Below, piece after piece: positions 8,999-17,656 of a stretch of 46,730 bases of DNA (its first letter is position 1; the number at the start of each line of letters is the position of its first letter). Both the position numbers and the translations under genes were made by a program. The stretch lies in assembly GCA_031551405.1 (NCBI GenBank), contig JAVBNQ010000012.1, forward strand, positions 1 to 46,730, read 5' to 3'. The notes under the pieces are model-generated. The model did no database searches and was not told where the DNA came from. It worked only from the letters and a program-made list of their open reading frames with translations. This DNA comes from a bacterium. Lineage in GTDB: Bacteria; RUG730.

Positions 8999-10663
8999 AT
9001 GCAAAAATCCAAACTTTTTCTTCTTTTTTTATTTTGTTTTTTGGCTAAAAATCTCGTTTTTGCGACAATGCCGCCAAAACCCGGAGTTTTTGATGATAAA
9101 ACCGAGTTTGAAAACAAAACGGTTCTATCTGCACCAGCATCGCTTTTGCAAAATCAATTTGTCTCAGCAAAAAGCATATCATATTATTCCCCGTACTCCT
9201 TCCCAAAAATAAATCCGCTCGTCGTTTTAGTGGATTTTAAAAACAAAAAATTTGCTAACTCTAGAAACATTGATTTTTATAAAAACTTAATTTTTGCTGA
9301 TATTGGCAAAAGCATGAAAACTTTTTATCTCGAAAATTCCGGCGGAAAACTTGAGATAATAGACAACGGAATTTATCCGACTATTTTAGAAAATCCGTTT
9401 GACATGGAAAAATACGGTGCTGACTCGTCTCCAAAAGCCGGCTCCGACAACAAACCGCAAGATTTGGCTCTTTGGATCGCAATAGAATTAGACACATTGA
9501 ATTTTGATTTTTCGAAATACGACGCAAATAATGACAAAATCGTCGATGCACTAATCGTAATTCATGCTGGAAGCGGCCAAGAATCATCTGGCAAAAGCGA
9601 CGATATTTGGACGCATAAAGGCGTAATTAGCGGTGGAAGTTACCTCACAAAAGATAACTATAAAATCATTGATTATATGCTTTTATCCGAGACGTCATCG
9701 CTCGGGGCTTTTTCTCACGAGTTTGGGCATATTTTGGGCTTGCCGGATTTGTACAACACCGCGACCGGAGCTTCGACTATGAAAAACTGGTGTTTGATGG
9801 ATTCCGGCGGCTGGGCAGATAATGGCAATACACCGACGCATCTTTCTGCTTGGTGCAAAAATTTTCTAGGTTGGGGCAACTTAAAAACTCTTACGTCTAA
9901 CGAAAAAAATATATCTATAAATGCGACGGAAAATTTAGCGCAAAATCCAAATGCCATAGAATTTTATAAGATGAATGTATTCGGAGATCCCAACGAATAT
10001 TTCTTGATCGAATACCGTAACAAAAAAGGATTTGACGCGAGCCTTCCGGATAAAGGGATTTTGATTTGGCATGTAGACAATAAAATAATTTCGAAAAATT
10101 TGGATTCAAACGCAATAAATGTTGGGATACCTAATCGAGGGGTAAAATTAGTAGAAGCAGACGGGATGGACGCAGGGCTTTATGGAAGCAGAGATACAAA
10201 TTTGTTTAGAGAAAACAATATTTTCAATTATCCGTACAATCGCAGTTTTTCAGGCTTAGATTCAAATATTGTAATCGATAATTTCCAAAGGCAAGAAGAC
10301 TTCAGCTTATTCTCTTTTTATAGCTATAAAACTAGCGAAATTAGCCAAATTTTCGATTTTTTTGTTTTCCCAAATCCAATTTATCTTTCCAAAAATTCAA
10401 AGGCTAAAATTCGCATTTTATGCAGCGACTTTTTATTTAACTCAACCATAAAAATTTTCGACATTACCGGAAAAAATCTCTACGAGACAAAAATCAACAG
10501 TAATTCAATCAATCAGAACTTGAGCATTGACAAAAAAATATGCTATGACGTCGAATGGGACGTAATAAGCAAAAACAACCAAAGACTTGCGAGCGGAATT
10601 TACATAATCTTTTTAGAGACAAAGTTTGCTAAAAAATTTACAAAATTGGCTGTGATCAGGTAA
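8999..10663 (+). CDS. Secreted M6 (immune inhibitor A-like) zinc metalloprotease with C-terminal T9SS-type/FlgD-like Ig domain
   Basis: Signal peptide, IHAGSGQE, HEFGHILGLPDLY, WCLMDSG, EYFLIEYR, GILIWHVD; C-terminal FPNP...IFDITGK...WD...LASGIYI. Confidence 0.85.
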   Translation: MQKSKLFLLFLFCFLAKNLVFATMPPKPGVFDDKTEFENKTVLSAPASLLQNQFVSAKSISYYSPYSFPKINPLVVLVDFKNKKFANSRNIDFYKNLIFADIGKSMKTFYLENSGGKLEIIDNGIYPTILENPFDMEKYGADSSPKAGSDNKPQDLALWIAIELDTLNFDFSKYDANNDKIVDALIVIHAGSGQESSGKSDDIWTHKGVISGGSYLTKDNYKIIDYMLLSETSSLGAFSHEFGHILGLPDLYNTATGASTMKNWCLMDSGGWADNGNTPTHLSAWCKNFLGWGNLKTLTSNEKNISINATENLAQNPNAIEFYKMNVFGDPNEYFLIEYRNKKGFDASLPDKGILIWHVDNKIISKNLDSNAINVGIPNRGVKLVEADGMDAGLYGSRDTNLFRENNIFNYPYNRSFSGLDSNIVIDNFQRQEDFSLFSFYSYKTSEISQIFDFFVFPNPIYLSKNSKAKIRILCSDFLFNSTIKIFDITGKNLYETKINSNSINQNLSIDKKICYDVEWDVISKNNQRLASGIYIIFLETKFAKKFTKLAVIR

Positions 10664-10668
10664 GATAA

Positions 10669-11064
10669 ATGAAAAAAATCGATAAATTTGCGGAACTTGT
10701 GGAGTTAATGAAAACTTTGCGAGGAGAAAACGGCTGTGTCTGGGATAAATCACAAACCCACGAAAGCCTGATAAAATATTTACGAGAAGAAAGTGAGGAA
10801 GCGATCGAGGCGATTGAAGCCGGAAATTTGAAAAACGAACTTCAAGAAGAACTCGGTGATGTTTTACTGCAGGTGATTTTTCATGCTCAAATTGCAGGTG
10901 AAGAAGGCAGATTTGATGTTTACGACGTGATCGATAGTTTAATTCAAAAACTAAAATTCAGGCATCCACACGTTTTCGGCGGAGAAAAAGCTGAAACGCC
11001 AAATGACGTCAAAAAAATTTGGCAAACACAAAAAATGAAAGAAAAAAAACGAAACGATTTCTAG
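10669..11064 (+). CDS. mazG: Single-domain MazG nucleotide pyrophosphohydrolase
   Basis: LRGENGCVWD, QTHESL, EELGDVLLQV, RHPHVF. Confidence 0.9.
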   Translation: MKKIDKFAELVELMKTLRGENGCVWDKSQTHESLIKYLREESEEAIEAIEAGNLKNELQEELGDVLLQVIFHAQIAGEEGRFDVYDVIDSLIQKLKFRHPHVFGGEKAETPNDVKKIWQTQKMKEKKRNDF

Positions 11065-11339
11065 TTTTCTGTCACAAAAAACGGCTTAAATTCTTGCGAC
11101 AAAGGAACTTTTCCTCTCCATCTTGCTATTTCTTTTCCGTCTCTTTCAATAATTGTTGTTGGAACGTCCGTTGCGTCGTCCATCGCGCCTTCCGTTAATC
11201 CGTCCACAGTATCCAAGTCAATAAATTTGATTTCTATTTTTTCTTTGCTCTCCCACTTGCTCAAAAATAAATTAAACTTTTCCTTTGTATTTTTGCAGGC
11301 ATCGCAATTCTGTTTACCAAAAATCTTTATTAAAATCAT
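11061..11339 (-). CDS. Small thioredoxin/glutaredoxin-like redox protein
   Basis: CDAC (CXXC) motif and VPT cis-Pro motif; start overlaps the nrdR stop. Confidence 0.75.
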   Translation of the reverse strand: MILIKIFGKQNCDACKNTKEKFNLFLSKWESKEKIEIKFIDLDTVDGLTEGAMDDATDVPTTIIERDGKEIARWRGKVPLSQEFKPFFVTEN

Positions 11340-11812
11340 TTTTCCTCCATTCCCTCTTTTTTTGAATCTAAATTTAAATTTTTTATCTCATCCAAAAAAA
11401 TATCTAAGTTCTCAAATTCTTGATAGACTGACGCAAATCTTAAATATGCAACTTCATCGATTTTTTTTAATTTTTCCATAATTTTGTTGCCAATCAAACG
11501 CGTCGGAATTTCTCCGTGAATCTCCTGAATTTCATATTCAATATTCGTTACGAGGCTATCGATCTTTTCTATGGAAATGGGTCGCTTTCTGCAAGCTGTC
11601 AAAATCCCGTTTCTGACTTTATTTCTATCAAAGATTTCTTTTGTTCCGTCTTTTTTAACGATTACGATTGACAGAATCTCCAATCTTTCGTAAGTTGTAA
11701 ATCTTTTTTTACAATTTATGCATTCACGTCTACGTTTTATAATGGAAAAATTCTCGTACGGCCTGGAATCTACGACCATGTCATCAAGAGAATTACAATT
11801 CGGACATTTCAT
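11336..11812 (-). CDS. nrdR: Transcriptional repressor NrdR
   Basis: MKCPNC...VVDSR...RRRECINCKKRFTTYE zinc ribbon, ATP cone, VAYLRFASVY. Confidence 0.96.
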   Translation of the reverse strand: MKCPNCNSLDDMVVDSRPYENFSIIKRRRECINCKKRFTTYERLEILSIVIVKKDGTKEIFDRNKVRNGILTACRKRPISIEKIDSLVTNIEYEIQEIHGEIPTRLIGNKIMEKLKKIDEVAYLRFASVYQEFENLDIFLDEIKNLNLDSKKEGMEEK

Positions 11813-11940
11813 AATTCACTCCTCCTAAATTCTTCACTTTCAACTGTCTCGAAATTTTGTTCTGTTTTTTCAAAAAACTGTATTTTGCGTCATAAAAGTT
11901 AAAAAAATCTTATTTCCAAGTAAAACGAAAAAATTTGCGA

Positions 11941-11969
11941 TTGAATTGAAAAATTTTTTATGCTAAACT
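11941..11969 (+). promoter_or_regulatory. Putative sigma70 promoter for trxB
   Basis: TTGAAT-17-TAAACT with extended -10 TG. Confidence 0.5.
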
Positions 11970-12005
11970 TTTTTCTGGTTTTATGCGTTAATTAATCAAG
12001 AAAAA

Positions 12006-12053
12006 ACACAATATCCTGTGTTTGCGCTATAAAATAACAACAATTTATTGTAA
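12006..12053. promoter_or_regulatory. Tandem NrdR boxes
   Basis: ACACAATATCCTGTGT (12006-12021) and CAACAATTTATTGTAA (12038-12053), 32 bp apart, match acaCwAtATaTwGtgt. Confidence 0.75.
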
Positions 12054-12059
12054 AGTCAA
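12031..12059 (-). promoter_or_regulatory. Putative sigma70 promoter for the nrdR operon
   Basis: Minus strand TTGACT-17-TATTTT with extended -10 TG; NrdR box 2 fills the spacer. Confidence 0.55.
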
Positions 12060-12124
12060 GTTTACGATTTGTGGCGTAAAATTTACAATTGAATCGAAAA
12101 AATTTTTTTGTGAAGGAGAAAAAC

Positions 12125-13009
12125 TTGAAAACAGAAGTAATAATTTTAGGTTCCGGGCCGAGCGGACTTCAGGCCAGCATTTATTTAGCGCGTCGCAAAA
12201 AAGATGTTTTGGTGTGCGGAAAAATCAAAGACAGCTCGCTTTATAACGTAGAAGTGGAAAATTATTTCGGGGTAAAAAAAATCGCCGGAGCCGATCTACT
12301 CAAAATTTCGCGAAATCAGGCTCTTGACTTTGGCGTCAAATTTTGCGAGCAAGACATTGTTAGTGTCGAGAAAATGTCTGACAATCAGTTCCAATTGATG
12401 ACTGAAGACGGAGACAAAATTATTGCAAAAAAAATAATTATTGCGACCGGAGTCAAACGAAAAACTTTAGGATTGAAAAACGAAAAAGAATTTCTGGGAA
12501 AAGGCTTGAGTTATTGCGTGGAATGCGACGGATTTTTCTTTCGCGGCAAAAACGTTGCGATAACAGGCGACGGAAGCGCAGCTTGTAATGGAGCATTGAC
12601 TTTGACAGAATATGCTGAAAACGTCTTTTTTGTCTTCAAAAATTTAGACGTGACGGATGCTTTAAAAAACAAAATTTATGCAAATAAAAAAATACAAATA
12701 ATTGAACAAACTCATGTTGTCGATATAAAAGGAGAAAACGAATTCTTGCAAAAAATTATGCTTTCAAACGGCAAAGAACTGGAAGTTGATGGTTTTTTCA
12801 TCGAATTGGGAGCAAAAGGAGCGCTAGAATTATTCTGCAACATTGGACTAGAGTTCACGTCTGATTGCAAACATATCAAGACTGACGCTAATCAAAAAAC
12901 AAACATAACCGGAATTTTCTGTGTTGGCGATATCTGCGGAGCGCCTTATCAAATTGCTCGAGCAGTCGGGCAAGGCGCAATGGCTGGAATAAAAGCTTTG
13001 GAAGAGTAG
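12125..13009 (+). CDS. trxB: Thioredoxin reductase-like FAD/NAD(P)H oxidoreductase
   Basis: GSGPSG, IATG, GKGLSYCVECDG (CXXC), GIFCVGD; start set at TTG 12125 after RBS AAGGAG. Confidence 0.85.
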   Translation: MKTEVIILGSGPSGLQASIYLARRKKDVLVCGKIKDSSLYNVEVENYFGVKKIAGADLLKISRNQALDFGVKFCEQDIVSVEKMSDNQFQLMTEDGDKIIAKKIIIATGVKRKTLGLKNEKEFLGKGLSYCVECDGFFFRGKNVAITGDGSAACNGALTLTEYAENVFFVFKNLDVTDALKNKIYANKKIQIIEQTHVVDIKGENEFLQKIMLSNGKELEVDGFFIELGAKGALELFCNIGLEFTSDCKHIKTDANQKTNITGIFCVGDICGAPYQIARAVGQGAMAGIKALEE

Positions 13010-14266
13010 TTAATTTGTACTCAAAACTTGAAAAATGGCTTGATTAATTTCGTCTGTATCTATATTTTCTACACACGGGTATTTCATATTTTCTGTCAAC
13101 CCTAATTTACAAATCACGCCGCATCCAAAACAATCCATTTTTGAAGTAACACAAACAGGCAAAATCTGATCGGTTTTTTTCTCATCAATTTCATAAGGCA
13201 AAAAATCGCCAAAATTATGTCCGCTAAGAAGACAAATAGATGGTATCTTCAAAGCTGTCGCAATATGGATGTAAGCCGAATCGTGTCCCAGCACAAATTG
13301 TGCGTATTTGATGATAGAAAAAACTTCCAAAACATTCGTTTTCCCAATCAAATTTACAATTTTTCCATCATAATTTCCAAACTTTTTCAAAAAATTTTCA
13401 CCCAAAAATTTTTCATTTTCAGTCCCAAGTAAAATTATTTTTAAACTTTTTTCAGAATTATTGATGTCTAAAATTTCTTTGTTTTTTGCAATTTCGACAA
13501 AATTTTCTACGTCAAAAGTTTTTTCATTCACGGACGCTCCGAGTCCAAAAATGCAATAATTTTCAATCTTGTTTTCAAATTTGTATTTCGGCAAATCAAA
13601 ATCTATTTCAGGAAGCGTAGCTTTAATATTTTCATCAAAAATTTCGTTAAAAAAATACACCAGCTTTTTCAATTCATTTTTTTCCGGAATCTCGATATAT
13701 TTATCATAAAAATTTGAGATGAATTTATTGAGTTTTTGATTTCCGGATTTATCGAACATTCCGATTTTTTCGTCGGCTTCAAAATTTTTGAGCAAAAAAC
13801 TCGTCGTGTATTTATTGTTCAAATGTATGATTTTTTTGTATTTTTTATGTTTTAGCTCAAGCAGAGTTTTGATTCGATAAAAGAAATTTTTGAGGCTCAA
13901 ATCTAGTTCCAAAATATTATCGCCAAAAAACATTTTTTTTGCTTTAATCGAAATCACTTCGTCGAAATAATTCGTTTTTTTCGCCAAATCAACAATCATA
14001 TCATTACACAAAAAAACCATTTTTTCGTCTTTAAATTTTTGTCTAAACTCTCGCAAAATATTGACCGAAACTACAAAATCTCCCAAATTATCTATTCTAG
14101 TAATCAAAATTTCATCAGCTTTTTCAATTTTATATTTTTTCAAAATAAAAAATAAATTCGCAAGAAAATCAACGACAAAATACAAAAAAAATTTGAAAAA
14201 ACTGAAAAACTTTTTTTTGAATTTTTGATAAGAAAAGCTTTGTTTGAAAAATTTTTTATTTCGCAT
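13010..14266 (-). CDS. Glycosyltransferase family 9 (heptosyltransferase-like)
   Basis: RIDNLGD, NLIGKT, GHDSAYIHIATA; C-terminal Cys cluster. Confidence 0.85.
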   Translation of the reverse strand: MRNKKFFKQSFSYQKFKKKFFSFFKFFLYFVVDFLANLFFILKKYKIEKADEILITRIDNLGDFVVSVNILREFRQKFKDEKMVFLCNDMIVDLAKKTNYFDEVISIKAKKMFFGDNILELDLSLKNFFYRIKTLLELKHKKYKKIIHLNNKYTTSFLLKNFEADEKIGMFDKSGNQKLNKFISNFYDKYIEIPEKNELKKLVYFFNEIFDENIKATLPEIDFDLPKYKFENKIENYCIFGLGASVNEKTFDVENFVEIAKNKEILDINNSEKSLKIILLGTENEKFLGENFLKKFGNYDGKIVNLIGKTNVLEVFSIIKYAQFVLGHDSAYIHIATALKIPSICLLSGHNFGDFLPYEIDEKKTDQILPVCVTSKMDCFGCGVICKLGLTENMKYPCVENIDTDEINQAIFQVLSTN

Positions 14267-15149
14267 ACATTATTATTTTCCCGTGAAAAATTTGATAATT
14301 TGGGTTTGCGTCTTTTACGATTTTTTCCAAAACTTCTTTATCATCAGGCAAGTGATATGTGCAAATAGCAAGTTTTGGCTTCATTTCCCGTAAAATTCGC
14401 GTTGCTCCCAAAAGCATCTTCCTTTCAGCGCCCTCAATGTCTGCCTTGATAAAATCGATTTTCCGAATACTCTCTTTTTCCGCCCATTCATCCAAGCTTA
14501 TTGCATCCATTTCTTGCTTATTTTCAGAATGCGTTTCATATCCAATTACAGACGAACTTGTAAGCAGAGAACCGTCCATCGAAAATTCCAGCTTTTCCGT
14601 TTTATCAGATAATGCAAATGGCTCGATCCTGATTTTGCCTGGTAAATTTTCATTCAATTTCACTGTTTCAGCCAAAAATTTCCTGCACTCCTCTATTGGC
14701 TCGAACGCATAAACATTCGCGCCTTTTGAAGCAGCATAAGCAGCAATAGTCCCAATATTTGCTCCTGCGTCAATCACCACATCTCCGCTTTCTATTTCCA
14801 CGCCAAAATCCTCATAAAAATGATCTTTTTTAAAAAACGTTTTTTTATCGCCTTTTACAAAAAAAATTATGTTTTCTAAAAATATTGGTCTAAGCAAATA
14901 GTTATCAGCTATCAAATCTTTTTTGGGAAGTTTTATTGCTTTAAAATCATAGTAATCGCCTCTATTGTAAAGCCCCAAAACTAAAGCAATTCTATTTTTT
15001 ACAAACCTTGTTCCAAAACAAAAATAAAGACAATTTTCTATAAAAAAATACAGCGAGACTTTATCTCGATTTAAAATAACATATTTAAAGGATTCAAACA
15101 ATGCCTTGATCGCAAGCGCTCTATTTTTTAAAATATTTGTAATTTTCAT
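14256..15149 (-). CDS. FkbM-family SAM-dependent methyltransferase
   Basis: VIDAGANIG, AFEP, IKADIEGAE, AICTYH. Confidence 0.9.
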   Translation of the reverse strand: MKITNILKNRALAIKALFESFKYVILNRDKVSLYFFIENCLYFCFGTRFVKNRIALVLGLYNRGDYYDFKAIKLPKKDLIADNYLLRPIFLENIIFFVKGDKKTFFKKDHFYEDFGVEIESGDVVIDAGANIGTIAAYAASKGANVYAFEPIEECRKFLAETVKLNENLPGKIRIEPFALSDKTEKLEFSMDGSLLTSSSVIGYETHSENKQEMDAISLDEWAEKESIRKIDFIKADIEGAERKMLLGATRILREMKPKLAICTYHLPDDKEVLEKIVKDANPNYQIFHGKIIMYAK

Positions 15150-15352
15150 ACTTTACTCTCCACAAGTTTTAGTAAATTTCATATTTTGTTCTAATAAAAA
15201 ACTTCCTCTTAAGCTATCTGAATACAGTTAAATAAAGTGATAGACATGATGAAATTTAGCAGAGACAGAAAATTTTGTTAAAAATGGTTTACTTTAAACC
15301 TCAAAATATTGCCAGTCGAAATCGCTTTTCTGCGTCACGTTTTATTTTTGCG

Positions 15353-15380
15353 TTGACAAATTTGCAAAAATAACTAAAAT
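15353..15380 (+). promoter_or_regulatory. Sigma70 promoter of tRNA-Gly
   Basis: TTGACA-16-TAAAAT, 20 nt upstream of the tRNA. Confidence 0.7.
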
Positions 15381-15399
15381 AAAGACTTATGCGTTTTAT

Positions 15400-15472
15400 G
15401 CGGGAGTAGCTCAGTTGGTAGAGCGCAACCTTGCCAAGGTTGAGGTCGCGGGTTCGAGCCTCGTCTCCCGCT
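15400..15472 (+). tRNA. tRNA-Gly (GCC), CCA not encoded
   Basis: GCGGGAG/CTCCCGC acceptor stem, D arm GCTC/GAGC, anticodon arm CAACC-TTGCCAA-GGTTG, GGTTCGAG T loop; followed by a T run. Confidence 0.97.
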
Positions 15473-15651
15473 TTTTTTTACTTTCCACCCTCATTTTTAT
15501 CACAAAAAATCCAAAATTTTTCAGGCTTTATAAAACTTAATTATTCAAAAAGTTATTATTAATTTTGTAATAAGTTTTAAATAAAATCCGGCCTTTCTAA
15601 TTCAAATCATTTTTAAAAAACAACATAAAAATCTGCTACAAAATTCAATCT

Positions 15652-16287
15652 TTAACAACACTTCAAATCTACCGCAAAATTCCAAACCTTTTTTTTCAAA
15701 ACATTTAAACTAGAATTATTGTAAATAATTTTATCTGCTTTTTTAATTTTTAAATAAATTGACATTTGCTTTGAATCAAAAAAATCAAAATAAGCTTCAT
15801 CTACTTCTCTATTTTCCAAAACCCGTTTTTTTGCCAAATCTTTTGAGCTACAAACCACAAGAACTACATCAAAATATTCCTCTAATTGAAGTTCAAATAA
15901 AAGTGGAATTTCTATAACAGAATATCTGTGATTTTCTTTAAAAATTCTGACTTTTTCTAATGTTTTTGGCACTATATATTTTTTTGTTAATTCATTAAGT
16001 TTTAAATAAAAAAATTCATTAGTTTGGATCTTTTCAAAAATATATTTTTTGTTAATTGTGCCATCATTATTCAATGAATTTTGTCCAAATAATTTTACAA
16101 CTTCACTAAAAAAATCCGACCTTTTCATATACTCATTTTGAACAATTTCATCGCCATTAATTATCGCAAATCCCAAGTCCTTCAAACACCTCAAAACTTC
16201 ACTTTTTCCCCCACCAATATTCCCCGTTAAGCCAACAATAAGATTTTTTTTACAAACTTTTTTAAAATTTTTACTTAAAATTTTCAT
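15652..16287 (-). CDS. coaE: Dephospho-CoA kinase
   Basis: GLTGNIGGGKS, EIPLLFE, ADKIIYN; start set at ATG 16287 behind AAAGGGA. Confidence 0.9.
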   Translation of the reverse strand: MKILSKNFKKVCKKNLIVGLTGNIGGGKSEVLRCLKDLGFAIINGDEIVQNEYMKRSDFFSEVVKLFGQNSLNNDGTINKKYIFEKIQTNEFFYLKLNELTKKYIVPKTLEKVRIFKENHRYSVIEIPLLFELQLEEYFDVVLVVCSSKDLAKKRVLENREVDEAYFDFFDSKQMSIYLKIKKADKIIYNNSSLNVLKKKVWNFAVDLKCC

Positions 16288-16333
16288 ATTTTTTCCCTTT
16301 TCATTAAAAAATAAAATTGCAAGATACAACAAA

Positions 16334-16349
16334 TGTTTCACGCGAAACA
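16334..16349. promoter_or_regulatory. parS centromere site
   Basis: TGTTTCACGCGAAACA, one mismatch to TGTTTCACGTGAAACA; palindrome extends with AAA/TTT; intergenic and about 2.5 kb from oriC. Confidence 0.85.
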
Positions 16350-16355
16350 TTTATT

Positions 16356-17477
16356 TCAAGCAATAATTCTACCGTTTTTTATTTCAAAAACAGAATAATC
16401 TAAATTTAATTGATTGAATAAAATTTTTGCTTTTTCAAAGTCAACGGTTGATAAAAAAACCTGTTGTTTTTTATTTAGAAAATTTATTAATAATTCCATT
16501 TTACCGTAATCTAATTCTGAAAAAACATCATCAAAAATCAAAATCGGTTTTTCTTTCAAAAAATAAAACATTATGTCTGAAATTATAATTTTCAAAGTTA
16601 AAAGATATAATCTTTGCTGCCCTTGAGAAGCAAAAAATTTCACATCTTTATCGTTCAAATTAAAAATCAAATCATCTCTATGCGGGCTAAAAAATGTAAA
16701 GCCTAATTTTACATCTCTATCAAAACTATTTTGTAGTAATTCTAAATAATTTTGTTCGGAAAAATTTTCGATATTGATTAAATTGTTTTTGTTAAAGAAT
16801 GGTTTGTATTGGAGTGCCAGAGAATCGTTTTTGAAGTAGATTTTACAAAAATTTTTAGACAAATTTAGATTAAAAAAATCTATTAAATCTTTACGTTTTT
16901 GATAGATTTTATAAGCGCTTTTTATAAAAATTTCATCCAATTCGATTAAAATATTTTTACTTTGGCGGTTAAACTTTATTTCTTTTAAAACGAAATTCCG
17001 TTTTTTTAAAATATCTAAATAATTTTTGTAATCGAATTTATAGTTTGGATAAATTTGGAATAACGCAAAATCCAAAAATCTTCGCCTTAAGATGCTTTCA
17101 CCTTTGATAATCAATAAATCTTCAGGCGAAAAATAAACAAACAAAATTTTACCAAACAAATCAATTTGTTTTAAAATTTTTGCATTATTTTTTAATTCTT
17201 TTTCTTTATCAATGGAATAAAAATATTCAAATCCTTCAATCAAATCATTTTTAAATAATTCTAACGCTATTTTAAATTTTTGAGATCCGGATTTTATTAA
17301 ATTTTCAACTTTTTTTGTTCTAGGAGAATGAGTAGTCGCGCTATAATAAAGAGCTTCTAAAATATTGGTTTTGCCAGCTCCATTTTCTCCAACCAAAATA
17401 TTAAAATTTTTATTAAACTTAATATCTAAATTTTCATAATTTCTAAAATTTTCAAGCTTTAAATTTTTTACATACAT
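16356..17477 (-). CDS. recF: DNA replication/repair protein RecF
   Basis: NFRNY, GENGAGKTNILEA, RRRFLD, PHRDD, ASQGQQR, DDVFSELD; start set at MYVK. Confidence 0.93.
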   Translation of the reverse strand: MYVKNLKLENFRNYENLDIKFNKNFNILVGENGAGKTNILEALYYSATTHSPRTKKVENLIKSGSQKFKIALELFKNDLIEGFEYFYSIDKEKELKNNAKILKQIDLFGKILFVYFSPEDLLIIKGESILRRRFLDFALFQIYPNYKFDYKNYLDILKKRNFVLKEIKFNRQSKNILIELDEIFIKSAYKIYQKRKDLIDFFNLNLSKNFCKIYFKNDSLALQYKPFFNKNNLINIENFSEQNYLELLQNSFDRDVKLGFTFFSPHRDDLIFNLNDKDVKFFASQGQQRLYLLTLKIIISDIMFYFLKEKPILIFDDVFSELDYGKMELLINFLNKKQQVFLSTVDFEKAKILFNQLNLDYSVFEIKNGRIIA

Positions 17478-17489
17478 TTTGTGTGTCAT

Positions 17490-17650
17490 TGTACGACGGA
17501 TAAGAACCGCCGATTTCAGCAAAGAATTAAGTTTTACATATGAAAGTTGCCAATATCACAAGTCAATCGACCTTCTCTGGCATTAAAAGGCAGGCATTCA
17601 GCAAAGAAGTCAAATTATAGTCTTGACGCTGCCAAAAAGATGCCAAACTG
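17490..17650. ncRNA. Candidate structured RNA element between dnaN and recF
   Basis: Nested stems TGGCAT/ATGCCA, GGCAG/CTGCC, GTCAA/TTGAC; a second hairpin at 17494-17512; 12-nt direct repeat TTCAGCAAAGAA. Confidence 0.35.
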
Positions 17651-17656
17651 CTAGGT

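Noticed and set aside
10669-11064. Short MazG as a pseudogene or anti-phage gene
   Set aside because: Single-domain MazG proteins are common, the motifs are intact, and no defence context is visible
15150-15650. Prophage or island integrated at tRNA-Gly
   Set aside because: No integrase, and no duplicated tRNA 3' end found in the window
16288-16350. N-terminal extension of coaE in the ORF track
   Set aside because: It starts inside the parS palindrome; a better RBS precedes ATG 16287
17478-17656. 6S RNA or small yaaA-like ORF in the dnaN-recF gap
   Set aside because: The ends do not pair into the long rod typical of 6S, and the longest plausible minus-strand frame is under 30 codons without an RBS
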